The notes under the pieces were generated by a model. The model was not told the DNA's origin and searched no databases. It saw only the letters and a list, made by a program, of their open reading frames with translations. The position numbers and the translations under genes were made by a program. A stretch of DNA of 64,000 nt from the human T2T-CHM13v2.0 reference genome, Homo sapiens, in assembly GCF_009914755.1 (NCBI RefSeq), contig NC_060929.1. One strand, written 5' to 3'. Of the stretch, positions 1 through 12,409 are shown in pieces. Positions within the stretch are counted from its first letter, which is position 1; the number at the start of each line of letters is the position of its first letter.

Positions 1-76
1 TACAGCCTGGGTGACAGAGCAAGACCCTGTTTCCCCACCCCCTAAAAAAAGAACAAAAAAAAAGAAAAAGGAAAAG
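1..76 (+). mobile_element. 3' end and A-tail of an Alu cut by the window edge
   Basis: cagcctgggtgacagagcaagaccctgt followed by an A-rich tail. Confidence 0.85.
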
Positions 77-954
77 AACATTTGTTTACAGTATGAGAAC
101 TGAAACAAGAAGGCAGAATATGGCCTGTGCAACACGAGACGGTGAGCTAGTCTGATCAGCAGCTTTCCAACCTGCTGTCCCTTTCCTTTCCAGTTCCTAC
201 TCCCTCCAACATTTGCAGGACCTTATTCCTAGTCAACTGTCAGCAGATCCCAATTTTGCTGTTTGCTGGTAAGATTTGAGATGTTACCATCCTAATGTAT
301 ATATGAAATTATTAAAGTGCATAGAGAGCCCTTCAGGACCTAAAGGGGTTCATTCATGATGGTGAAATATTAAAAATTATAGGGACTAAGAGTATGGCAT
401 TTCAAAGCTGGTTTGTTTCAGGCCCCCCTTTTGATGCCTTAGGAAATTAAGATACAGAGAGACGAAGAGGTTTGATCCGGGTCCCACAGTAAGGCAGTGA
501 CTGATTAGGGCCACTATACTTGTTAGCTCCCAGGGCTCCCTGCCCATTCAAATCATAGCTTATAGATGGCCATGTAGTTAGGTGAGTCCCCTGAAAATTA
601 GCCTCGAGCATATAGATCTTTACAATGCTCAGCACACTTACCTGCTTGTCCTTTTAGCTGAGGGGGTAGGAGGCAGATCTCAGTTTTATTAATATAGTGA
701 GGGTTCCCAAAGGATATATGAATCAATTTTATAATATGAGAACTGTTTTGGGGGAAGGAGAAAGAGGAGAGTGAGGCGGGTTAAGGCTACTTTTTCCTAA
801 ATTTGTATTTAAAACCAGTGAGTTTCAAATCTAGGTTATGACTCAGAAGCACCTCTAAATAATGTTTATAAACTAGGCTAACTAGGGGGATTAATTCAAG
901 GTGAATTTTTCTTTCTGGCTGCTGTGGGGGTTAAAAAAATATCAAGGTAGGTTA

Positions 955-1815
955 TAAACATAAAATCTAAAACTATAAAGCCTTCAGAAGAAAACATAGG
1001 ACAAAATCTATGCGATCTGGGATTGGCAAAAGTTATGTAATAGGACATAGAAAGTGATAGCCCTACAAAAACATGAAAAAAAATTGACTTGATTTAAATT
1101 AAAAGCTAGTGCTTATCAAAAGACACCATTAAGAAATCAACTGGCAAGCTGTAGAATAAGAGGACATATTCGCAAACCATATATCTGACAAAGGACATAT
1201 CCAGAATGTATAGAGAACCCATAAAACTCAGTAATAAAAAGAAGAACCTAACTAAAAGACAGAAAAAAGACTTGAAGAAACGCCGGACAAAAGATGGCCC
1301 AATACATACATGAAAAAGTATACATCATGGATCATCAGAAAAATGCAGTTTGAGACTATAATAAGATACTACTACGCATACCCATTAGAACAGCTAAAAG
1401 TAGAAGATTGACAACACAATGAAAAGATTGGCAAGTGCTGGTGAGGATGTGAAGCAACCCAAACTCTCATACATTATTGGTGGGGGTGTAAGTAAAATGG
1501 CACAACTACTGTCGACAAAGGCTTGGAAGTTTTCTGTTTAATAACAAAAAACTCTACTGTAGAATCCAGCAGTTCCACTCCTAGGTATTTACCTAAGAGA
1601 AGTGAAAACACATGTCTTCAAAAAGATTTGTACAAAAACCTTTGGACCAGCTTTATGATAGCTACAGACAGGGAACCACCTAGGTGTCCATCAACAGAGG
1701 AATTGATAAAACTATGGTATATTCAAACATTAAATTTCAACTCAGAAGTAAAAAGGACTAAAGGTATTGGTTCACACCACAACATGGATGAATATTAAAA
1801 ATTTTATGCTGAGTG
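955..1815 (+). mobile_element. Old L1 (L1M-type) 3' ORF2 remnant, first part
   Basis: Degenerate L1 ORF2-like text (aaaactataaag...gaagaaaacatagg, gcaaaccatatatctgacaaagg, ggtgaggatgtgaagcaac). Confidence 0.8.
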
Positions 1816-2355
1816 CAATCCCATTACTGGGTATATACCAAAAGGATTATAAATCATATAAATCATTCTATAAAGACACATGTACACGTATGTTTATTGC
1901 AGCACTATTTACAATAGCAAAGACTTGGAACCAATTCAAATGCCCATCAATGATAGGCTGGATAAAGAAAATGGGGCACATATACACCATGGAATACTAT
2001 GCAGCCATAAAAAAGAATGAGGTCATGTCCTTTGCAGGGACATGGATAAAGCTGGAAGCCATCATTCTCAGCAGACTAACATAGGAACAAAAAACCAAAT
2101 ACTACATGTTCTCACTCATAAGTGGGAGTTGAACAGTGAGAACACATGGACACAGGGAGGGGAACATCACACACCAGGGCCTGTTGGGGGATGGGAGGCA
2201 AGGGGAGGGAGAGCATTAGGACAAATACCTAATGCATGCAGGGCTTAAAATCTAGATGACGGGTGGATAGGTGCAGCAAACTAACATGGCACATGTATAC
2301 CTATGTAACAAACCTGCACGTTCTGCACATGTATCCCAGAACTTAAAAAAAAAAA
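1816..2355 (+). mobile_element. 5'-truncated L1PA-type element (ORF2 C-terminus, 3' UTR, polyA) nested in the older L1
   Basis: CTRMFIAALFTIAKTWNQ...YTMEYYAAIK translation; L1PA 3' UTR; TSD tttatgctgagtg at 1803-1815 and 2356-2368. Confidence 0.92.
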
Positions 2356-2890
2356 TTTATGCTGAGTGAAACAGAGTAGCTATAAAAGAATATATATGAT
2401 GTAAGTCTGTTTGTATAGTGATCTAGAATAAGCAAAACTAATTGGGGGTGCAAAACAGAACAGTGGTTGCCAGTGCATGGGGTGTGTGAGGGGTGGGAGT
2501 AAGATGGAAGGAGGTCTGAGGGAACTATCTGAGCTGATGTTTCTATCTTGATAGAGGTTTAGCTTACATGGGTATATGAAATTGTCACAATTCATGATTG
2601 GCATGCTTAAGAATTATGTATTTTATTGTATGTACATTTTACATTTAAAAATGGACAAATATTGAACTTTAGATGATATGTGTTCTGAAATGTTTAAAAG
2701 TGCTGATATCTGCAACTCCTCTTAAAATTTATTAAAAAGCAAGATGGACTGATGGATGATAGAAAGATGGCTAGATATGTGATAAGGCAAATATAGCAAA
2801 ATATGAACAACTGTAGAATGGAGGTGATAGGTATATGCATGTTTACTGTCTCTTCTTTCATCTTTTCTGTATGTTTGAGAATTTTTATAA
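2356..2890 (+). mobile_element. Old L1M remnant resumes (3' UTR-like)
   Basis: Continues after the TSD with tatgctgagtgaaa...cagtggttgcc, typical of L1M 3' ends. Confidence 0.65.
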
Positions 2891-3686
2891 GGGTATGTGG
2901 ATTGGGAGTAAATGTGCTGTTCTGGCTGGCCTAAGTCACACTATTCCTGGAGTCGGAAGTGGAGTGGATTCTGCCTGTGATGGAGGTGGGGGACCCACAC
3001 AGAGTGCAGAATTCTAGAATCTACAGTTCCATTTTAGAAACCTCATTCTGCTCCTTGGGAGTTGTGGGAGAATACTGAGATTCTCCATGTGATCACAGTG
3101 CTGGGGATACCCTTTACTGCCAGCTCAAAGCAACAGAATAAAAGAGTGAATATTCTCAGAATCTCTTGTTGCATGCATACGAGTTGGCATCAAGATTATT
3201 TTTGGATTTGGGGTAGGAAACTCAGCTTCGAGTCATAGATCTAGAAATGCAGTCCTCTGAACTGACAGCTGTTTGTGGCAAGGGAAGAAGTCACCTTTCC
3301 CTGTGTCTGTGTTGGATAACATAACATTCACCTTCTGCCTCTCCAAGGGGCATTGTGGGGATGAAGGCGATCATGAACGTGCTTTGAGTTTGTCTGACTG
3401 CATCAGCCTCGAGTTGCAATGAAGACAGCTATGCATGCCACTGCCCGGAACCTCCTGGAAGAAGGGACTGGAGGTTGAAAGGAGCTGCATAGTGCTGTGA
3501 CTCACTCTCTGCCCGTTGTTTCTCCTGGGCTGGGACCCACTTGGGCAGCAGAAGAGCCTTATGAGCTCCTACTTTGGTGTGCTGCATACCATCCCGAGGA
3601 ATTTCTCATATGCAGTTTTCTAAAGCACAAAAGAGCAAGGTTCTCTCTTCTGCTAACAGAGCTGTATAACTATTTCCAAAAACACT

Positions 3687-3721
3687 GGGTTGGGGGTTGG
3701 GGGTTGGGGGTTGGGGAGGGG
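3687..3721 (+). repeat. (TTGGGGG)n G-rich repeat, G-quadruplex motif
   Basis: GGG TT GGGGG TT GGGGG TT GGGGG TT GGGG A GGGG. Confidence 0.9.
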
Positions 3722-5029
3722 AGCACATAAAGACATTCTCTGTTTAGTATTTCAGTTTCTTTTGGGAGGATGGGAGGTGGTCTCTCCTCTCACCATGAAA
3801 ACGGCATGCTGACAGATGAGTGGGTTCACATCCACTTTTTAATGTTGCATCAGCCTGAAGCCAGGAAGTGCTAGAGCCGTAAGACTCCTCACACTGTGAC
3901 CTGGCCACATCCTACATACATGTCAGCTTGCACGCCATCTACTTAACTGTCATGCACTTGATAGCAAATGAGCTTTTGCCCTTTCTGCTGCCTTTAAAAA
4001 TTTCCTGAAACACTTTTCTGACTTGTACATTACTTAGATTTCTTTCTTCCTCTTTTGCATCCAGTTTTTGTTTATGTTGGCTGTGACTCCAATCTTCGGT
4101 TGAAAGCTAGGGAAGTTGCTTATAAAGGTTTTCAGGATTGCTGAATATGAAATGCAAGGAAATTGCATAACATTGCAGCATTTCCTCCTCTTGTTGCTTG
4201 CTTGTTACCCAAAATACAGTAGTTCCTTCTAGAAGCTTGAAGAAATTTGGCAGATCCTACCCTCTGATGGTCTATTGTGGTCTAGAGAGTCAGTGTTATC
4301 CTGATTTGAGGTTGAATTTTTCTTAAGGTCAAACAACAAAGCTTCCTGAATTATAACTATGGCAACAGTGTTTATGTAACACACAAATCAAAGTCACGGG
4401 GTAGCGGAGGAGAAGCACCCACAACAATCAGTGTTAATAATCCCAGAACAGTTAGCCTGTGCCTAATTCACCAGAACCAAAAACAAGTTAAAATAAATGG
4501 CCTACTCCTTCACTGGTTATTGGGGTGTGACCTACCACCTACATGCTCCAGGAGGAGCTGTTTCACCTTTTCTCTTGAAACTATATCAGCTTAATTTGAA
4601 ATTTCTCACAGAGAACTGCGGTAAGTGCCAGTGACACTCAAAATGTGAAAGCATTGCCATAAGGATAATTTGCTCATCAAGGTCATCATGACCTGCCTCT
4701 GACCTGCAGAGAAAGACCCAGACGAAGGAATGCGCATCCTTAAGCCCCTTGTCCTTTAATGAGGAATAATTTCTTGGACACTGAATATATGCAAACATTT
4801 AGATGCCGCATAGATCACTTCCCCTAAACCCTGCCCCATAGAAATGTAAAATTGACCTTGATTGGAGATTGGAAATGATAAGAATGAAAAATTTTATTTG
4901 GAAGTATTAAATTCTGTAGAATATAGACTGTAGGAGCAGTAAGAGATCAAAGAAATGAGAGATTAAGGTTGTCTGCAGCCATCAAGTAAGTTAGGAAATA
5001 TTTGTGGAGTAAGGAAAAGGGAAATAACG

Positions 5030-5184
5030 TTTTTGAGCACCTCCAGTCCCTGTGATAACTATTTTAAATTCTGTTAATACTCTCATAAGTATTATTACTT
5101 AGCTCTACTTTGCAATGAGAAAGCAGACTCGGAAATGTTGAATGATTATCTAAGGGCGCATAGTTCAAAAGTGGTAGAACCAGG
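5030..5184 (-). mobile_element. MIR fragment, interrupted by an LTR
   Basis: Degenerate antisense MIR core (tttgcaatgagaaagcagactcgg...aagtggtagaaccagg). Confidence 0.6.
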
Positions 5185-5623
5185 TGACAAAATAAAAACT
5201 TCATCCAGATTAAATTTAAAGGAGTTTAATTGAGCTATGAACAATTTGCGAATTGGGCAGCCCCCAGAATCACCACAGATTCAGAGAGACTCCAGGGATG
5301 CCTCGTGGTCAGAACAAATTTATAGACAAAAAAAAAAAAAAGGAAAGTGACGTACGGAAATCAGAAGTAAGGTACAAAAACAACTGGATTGGTTACAGCT
5401 TGGTGTTTGCCTTATTTGAACATAGTTTGAACACTCATCAGTGTATAAGTGGTTGAGGTATGGCTGCTGGGATTGGCCAAGACTCAGCTGTTGTTATAGG
5501 TAAATTTTCCTAAGTTAGGTTTTCAACCTTGTCTACCTATTAAGTTAGGTTACAGTTAGTCCACAAGGACTCAGATATAGGAGCATGGAGTCCTTCTCAG
5601 GCCATATTTAGTTTGCTTTAACA
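5185..5623 (-). mobile_element. Solo ERV1 LTR, MER57-like
   Basis: Reverse strand starts TGTTAAAGCAAACTAAATATGGCCTGAGAAGGACTCC and ends TGTCA (TG...CA); flanks cagg/caga fit a 4-bp TSD with one mismatch. Confidence 0.75.
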
Positions 5624-6459
5624 CAGACCTTAATGCCAAGTTTCCAAAGCCACAGCATGCTCCATCCACCACTTGACTCAACTTCATCCAAATCCATTTC
5701 TCCCTGTTTTGGAATCTGTCCAGGGCCTATACCAGTGAAAGGGTTAGGCTGACAATGATTAAACCCCAAATGCAGCGAAATTAATCAGCCCAGGAATGCC
5801 CGGGATGCCTTCTAGACAGAAGGGGGCTTAGGTCTGTGTGTAAGAGGATGCTGGGTCAGCCTCCTGCTTTAGTGGACCATGAAGAGCTCCTGTCAGTTAT
5901 TTATGTTCAGCTGAAATCTGCCTTCCTGGGGACTCCACCCTGACCTTCATCTCTGTTCAGCACAATAAGATTTCCCCTTTGTCACATCACTGCCCTTTGA
6001 GAATCTGAAGACTGGTATTGTGATGTTTTGAAGCCTTCTCTTCTCCAACCAACACTGTGGTTTAGGGAAACACATCTTGCAGAGCAAGTGAGCAGAGCCA
6101 GAGGGTGTAGCCAACAAGAACCAGGATATAGCCAATGTCAAGGTCTAGGTGAGAAGGCAAAAACAATCTGACCTTGGGCAATAGAAGAAGAAGTGGGGAT
6201 GAGGAATAGGTTCAAGACATATGAAAGTAATAGAAGTGATACAACTAGGAACTGATTGGATATGTGAGGTAGAAGGAATGGGAAATTCAAGGATGACAGC
6301 ACAGTTTCTCGTTCAACTTTGTTGCACATTTTTCTCCTTCACTCTAGAGTTCCCTATAAAGCACAAGTAGGCTTTTCTGTCATGCACTTAAAAAAAAAAT
6401 TACCACAACCCTTGTCTGTGAGCAACAGAAACACAACTAAAAAATAAAAAGTATGTTAT

Positions 6460-6890
6460 TGATATACTATAGAAAGAGCAGGGATGAGCTTCTGATATGT
6501 TAAGATAAAAGGGCTCAAATGATACCATCAGAATCCCATGTCCCTTCATTCATGGCCCTGCATTTCTTTGTTTGACCTTTTCTGCTCAAGGCTTTGCCTG
6601 TGTGGTAGCCGAAGTTGGCCTCAAAAGCTTCAGGTATGCATCCTGTTTTCCTAGCAACACAAGGCCTCATTTCCCATAGTTGTAATAAAAAATGAGTGAG
6701 TGTCATCGGCTGAGTTTGGCTTGGGCCAATCATATGTGCAGTAGGATGCATAGTCTGGATCACATGCAACAAACCTGAAGATGGAGTTGGGATCAGCCCC
6801 ACCCAAACCATATGAACTTGCCTTGGCAGGGAGGTGGCTCCCCAAGGAAAATGAGGGTGGTATCCCTGGAAAAAGAGGGGCATGGATGTT
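6460..6890 (-). mobile_element. Old MaLR (MLT1-like) LTR remnant
   Basis: Degenerate MLT1-like motifs by eye; subfamily not determined. Confidence 0.45.
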
Positions 6891-8250
6891 GAACAGTAGT
6901 ATTCACGGGTGTCCAGAGCACTTTTTTCCCCCAATGTTACTGAGGAATAATACTAAGAGATAAGTTGCTTATATCCACAAGGTACAAAGCAACAGGCAAT
7001 GCTTGAACTAATGGAAAAGAAAGTTTATTTTTCTATTCATCATCATTGTTGTAATCATGTTTTGAACAGCAAGCAGCAGTTTTTATTCACCAGCAAGAAC
7101 GCTTCCGGGGCTGTTAAAAGACTCTGTCTTTTGGATGGCTGTAGGAGCACAGCCATTTGGTCACTTTTTATTGGGCCATTTTCTAAGAGACTGCCTAGTC
7201 TTGAGATGCCTCTGATTGTGTAGGGGAAGGGACTCGGCACCAACAGGTACAGAACCCCTTTCTTAGCCCTTATTTCAGAACTCCCCAGTGGTACCATAGG
7301 CTTCAAAACTATTAGAAGCATTCGTTGTCACCTGGTGGATGTAGAGCTAACACACAGGGGTGGAACATAGAAAATAAATGGCTATGTGAGGGATTTTGAT
7401 AGCCTTGAGTTAAGCCAAATAAGATAAATCTGTATCCTGTTTTCTCTTAGGAAGGCCTGAATTGTCTGTTTCCACTCCCTTGTAAGAAAGATTCATAGAG
7501 AATTTGCCAGGTGTTGGGGAGAACAAAGCGGTCACCTGGACACCTGAGCACACATCTAGCTTTCCTTTTCTGTCTGGCCAATGCATTGTCCTCACCAACT
7601 CCACCTTTAGTGTTTTTTCTGTTTTTTTTTTTTTTTTTTTTAATTGCAGTTTCTCTCTTATGCTCTCTATTTATCCAATCAGTACTTTCTGAGTGGCTGG
7701 CTATGTGCTAGTTACTGAACCCCCTTTATGTATAATTCTACAGGGTAAGAGCAAGGTCTTGACATTGGTTCAGGAATCGGTCTTTGGGAAGTGCCATCAA
7801 CTATATTTCTATTGGTTTCACATTTGAGGGAGCCTCCCTAAGACAGCAAGTACAACAGTGGTAGCAGTGGAAAGGGAAAGCCTGGCAGAGTATTGTCAGC
7901 TGAGAAACAGAAAAGTAGCAACAGCCATCTTATTTTTGCTCCACTGAGCACATTTCACCACTCAGACCATGGTGATGAGAGTCACATTTCTGATGGGAGG
8001 AGGAGGAAGAACCAATAGCTGGCTCCCTGGCTCTGACCCCTTGAGTTGAGACACATCCTTATTTACTCCAGGCTATTCATGCTTCAGATTCAAACAATTC
8101 CTTCCCAAAAGCTTTTCCAAGTGTGGCCTGTGGCCCATGGGTGAAAAGAGAAGTCCTGATCTAGAAAAATCATGTCCATTCATGGGTGGCATTCCACAGA
8201 CTAAGGGTGTCTTACAGTAACTTCTCAGGGGTGTTATTAAAAGTTCCTAA

Positions 8251-8519
8251 GCCTGGGCACAGTGGCTCATGCCTGTAATCCTAGCACTTTGGGAGGCCGA
8301 GGCGGGTGGATTGCCTGAGCTCAGGAGTTCGGTGAAACCCCATCTCTACTAAAATACAAAAAATTAGCCAGGTGTGGCCTGTAGTCCCAGCTGCTCAGGA
8401 GACAGGTGAATCGCTTGAACCCAGGAGGCAGAAGTTGCAGTGAGCCGAGATCGCACCACTGCACTCCAGCCTGGTTGACAGCAAGACTCTGTCTCCGAAA
8501 AAAAAAAAAAAAAAAAAAA
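8251..8519 (+). mobile_element. Alu with small internal deletions
   Basis: Dimeric Alu with polyA; TSD aaaagttcctaa at 8239-8250 and 8516-8527. Confidence 0.95.
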
Positions 8520-8879
8520 GTTCCTAAATTTAGCCTGTATTAGTGTTTGCCGAGCATTCTAATGTGCTCAACTGAGAAATCTGCCACAGAGTCTTTGGCA
8601 ACCCTGGCCAGTTCTCTCTGTATGTGCTGATAGGTTTTAGGAGGGTTGTTTTTTGGGCATCCTAAAATGTCTCAAGCTGGTTGTGGTTTTTAATTACTGC
8701 CACACTTGTATTAATTGGAAGTTTGTAGAATTCCTGTTATGCTTAAATTGGGTGGAAATTTTGTTATTACATAATGGTTGCATTGTTGCCATTTTAATTA
8801 CTGCTTAGCCTCTTTTGAGTTCTTTGTTAATTGGCAGGCTATTTTTCCTCTGGAAAGCAGGACTGGGTGGAGAAGTTGT

Positions 8880-9090
8880 ATGAAGTTGTGGCTGAGTACA
8901 GACTCTACTGTGCTCTGCCTAAATCGAATCCTGGCTCTGTAATTTGCTAGTATGTAACCTTTGGAAAGTTAATTAACCCATGTGATGCTATGAAATAGAG
9001 GCAGGTGTAGTACCCCATAGGCTTGAGGATGAAATAAAATCATTCGTTTAAACGCTTAGTATGGTGTTTGGCACATAATTGATAGTGAAA
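8880..9090 (+). mobile_element. MIR
   Basis: aatcctggctctgtaatttgctagtatgtaacctttggaaagttaattaacc resembles the MIR core. Confidence 0.65.
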
Positions 9091-10587
9091 AAGTGGTTGG
9101 TGGCAGGTGGCTATTTTTATGTTTGCTGTTTTAAAAAAGATTAAGAACCATTGATTTAAACGTTGACCTTAGATTGTCTCCTTTCCTTTCCCTTCATCTC
9201 TTAATTAGTTTCAGTTGGTTATATTACATTGCCAACAAGACCAATGCCACAGGGTCCCTCAAATGACATTTCCCATCCTTAGCCATTTATCCCATAGGGG
9301 ATACATTTCCATCACCAGAAGAGGCTTTTTGTTTTGTTTTTTTAAACACAAAGTGGGAAGAGAAGGAAGGAGGAAAATGACAGTGATGAAGATGAAAGTT
9401 AATCCTTATAGAATGTTCAATAGGCCATAGAATTTACATTCAGTGCTGTGTTGAATATTGTATATCTATGATTCCATTTAATTATTACAACAATCCTAAG
9501 TGGTGGAGAGTGTTACTATCCCCCTTTTTCAGATGGCAAGACTGAGGTCTAGGGATGATAACTGATGTGCATGTTAGCCAATAAACAGTAAAGTTGGACT
9601 TTGAACCTAAGCAGTAGATTACTACAAATCTGCCGCCACTGACAGACACAATTCAAAAGAGCAAGCTGTTTTGATTCTAGTGATGGTGGACCCATTTTGT
9701 CATGCAGAGGAGATGAGATGATATTCGATGGTGTAGAACCAGCCTGTTGTTTTAAGATGTTGACACATTGCCTTATTCAGTGTGTCTCCACATTGGTACA
9801 TCAGGGGAACAGCCAGGTGGGAGGAGACTTGGAGAAAACCTCAGGGGATCATAGAGTTTGGATGTGCATTTGGGTAAAGATGGTGCAGTTTAGAGAGGAG
9901 CATCAGTTTTAAACAAATTTCCTTATGAGCCTATTTCCCCAGCATCTTTATTTTGTCCGGATTTTGATCCAAAGTGTGGTATGGCTAAGCTCTAATGCAG
10001 CTGTGTGTGAAAGGGAAAAGTTAGATTGTTTTGTCAAATTTTTGCTTTACTTATGTCTTTAATATCTACATTTGAAAAACAAGCCTCTCTGTTTTCTCAG
10101 TATGGCTTGGATAATGGTAATAAAGGTACTCATAGAAAAATTCTGGGAATCCAGATGACTCTGTGTATTCTCTGTTAATTCTGTAGGGACATGTAAACTG
10201 AACTGGCTCAGCAGTGAACAGAATTTATTGCAAAATCACATCTTGGTGCAGAGGAAGCATATGAAGGCTTTCCTCGCCCTCCTTTGATTTATTAAATTGT
10301 ACTTTCATTGCAGCTTCTGGGTAAGGACTCAGAATTGCAGTGCCCTGTGATTTGTATCAAAGAGCTACTCTCCCCCCCTGGTGTTTATCGTCAGGATCGA
10401 ACCCTGTGGTTCAGAGAGAATATGAAGTGTTACTTCTATACTAGATGCCAGCTGGTTGCATGGGTTGGTGGTAAATACTCCAGGCTAGAATCAGAAGGCT
10501 GTTCCCAGTTTCATTTTCTTTCTGACTCAGGGCAAGTTCTTCCTTCCGGTGATTCACCTGCCCAGCTGCCCACAACATCTCACCTTT

Positions 10588-10636
10588 ATCATCGTCAGCA
10601 TCATCATCGTCGTCATTGTCATCATCGTCATCACAA
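10588..10636 (+). repeat. Degenerate (TCA/TCG)n trinucleotide repeat
   Basis: atcatcgtcagcatcatcatcgtcgtcattgtcatcatcgtcatcac. Confidence 0.8.
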
Positions 10637-10654
10637 TGACTTATTGATCATGTG

Positions 10655-10862
10655 GTTAGTGGTTAAGTGCTTGGGCTCTGGAGACAGACCGTGGGAGTTC
10701 CTGTCTGGACTCTGCCCATTTCCAGCTGTCTGACCTTGGCCATGTGACCTAACTTCTCTAATGCCTCAGTTTTCTCATCTCTGTGAAAGGAATAATTAGG
10801 CTGGTATGAGAACCGAATAAGACAATGCACACAGAATGCTTGGCATGATGTCTGGCACATGG
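10655..10862 (+). mobile_element. MIR
   Basis: agtggttaagtgcttgggctctggagacagac...tgcctcagttttctcatct...tctggcacat. Confidence 0.8.
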
Positions 10863-11599
10863 CAGGGGTTTTGTCATCATCATCATTATTAATTTCTATC
10901 TGTCATAATTATTCTTTAATGATTCTTAGATGGACCGTGATAAGATAAAGTAAACACATGTAATTTCTCTTCTTCAGAAGCATATACTTGAAAATAGATA
11001 CTTGTTGGCACGGATCTTTAACAAATCTTCATATACAATGGTCAGTAGAAACTAGACTATACCTACATCAAAGTATAGAAACCCAAAGGAGATAATGTTC
11101 CCAAGTTTTAGAGTACTCAGATAGAGCTTAGCTTCAGTTGGGTTGTTGAAGGTGCATTAACTGTTTCAGTCTTCTGAGGAGCCACAGATCAGGCATTTAG
11201 TGCCCCTTGTCCGCTTGGGTTGCTCCTGGAGAGTTGAGTTCTATTGTATTAAGGTAGATGCTCTCAAGAGGCTTACCTGAAAGCATATAAATTTGAGATT
11301 GCTAATCATAAGACAAAGCTATGGTCAAAGTGATCTTTCAGGACATTGCTCTTGCCTCTGAACCTCAGTCTGATGCTAGTGGGCAACTGTGAGATCTGTA
11401 GAAGAAGGATAGCCCAGAGCAGACTGACCATTTCTAAAGGGTGAATTGCATGCTCTTTGCTTCTGTCAGTATAGAAGGTATTTATGAACCATAATACCAA
11501 CCACTGGAGTGACTTGGTAGTGATATACATTTGCCACTGCCTAGAAAGGTAAAAGGGTATTGGAACATCCTTTTAGAGGCAAGATAGAATAGTACACCA

Positions 11600-11760
11600 C
11601 TGACCAGCTCTGTGTCCTTAGACAAACTGTGTAACCACTCTGGGTCTCAGGTTCCATATCTCTAAAATGTGAATAATACTAGACCTCATCCATATGGTGG
11701 TTGCAAGGATTAGATGTTGCCATGTGTGGTGCTTGGTAAGTGCTAGGTAAACAAAACCAT
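11600..11760 (+). mobile_element. MIR
   Basis: ctgggtctcaggttccatatctctaaaatgtgaataatac...gcaaggattagatg. Confidence 0.65.
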
Positions 11761-12409
11761 TCCTGCTTAGTGCTGTGACTGAGCCACCATCTGGTTGCTT
11801 CCCCACCCTGGGCCTTCTTTGTTGGGCCCTGTAGTCACAAAGTCCTGGTAAGCAGGATTTGTTAGCTTCATTTCAAAACTCATTCTCTTTGGCTCATTAA
11901 CCCAAACCAGACAGAGATTAACAGCCTGGCCTCAGAGGAGCAGGTGAGTACATGTTTCTGGTGCCTTTGACTCATTGATTATCCTTCTCCAATTCAGGGA
12001 ATGCTTGGGTGTTCCAGGAAGGGGTCTCCCGAGACCCAGGAAACCTTGAAAGAGAGTAATTTGGCACAAATTCATCTCCTAATGAAGGAGGGCTGGAAGT
12101 CCTGCATTTTACTATTCCTTCTGGATTTTGCCAGCTATAAATAGAAGCAAGGTTCCCTTGGATAGAATGTTTGAATTTACTAGGAGAAATGCAGGGATCA
12201 AGGATGGCTGAAGAAAAATACTTGCCAAAGTGTGGTCTTCTCTTCTGCACTTCCCTTGCCCAACTTTCCAAGGTTAGTGAATGCCGGTCAGCATGGATTG
12301 CTGGTCCTAGCTATTACACTGTGACCCATTTCACTCACAGGTCACAAGGCTCTGCAGGATCGGATTGCTGCCCCTCTGCCCTATCCTTATCTCCTACCCC
12401 TCTCTGCAT

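Noticed and set aside
1767-2084. 105-aa ORF with clear protein similarity
   Set aside because: It is the L1 ORF2 C-terminal remnant in a 5'-truncated element, not a gene. The same applies to 44748..45023.
6515-6934. 139-aa minus-strand ORF
   Set aside because: It lies in a probable old LTR remnant, with no recognisable domain or splice or promoter support.
10308-10733. 141-aa ORF with a His/Arg-rich segment
   Set aside because: The His run comes from the (TCA)n repeat, the C-terminus is MIR-derived, and the start is non-ATG.
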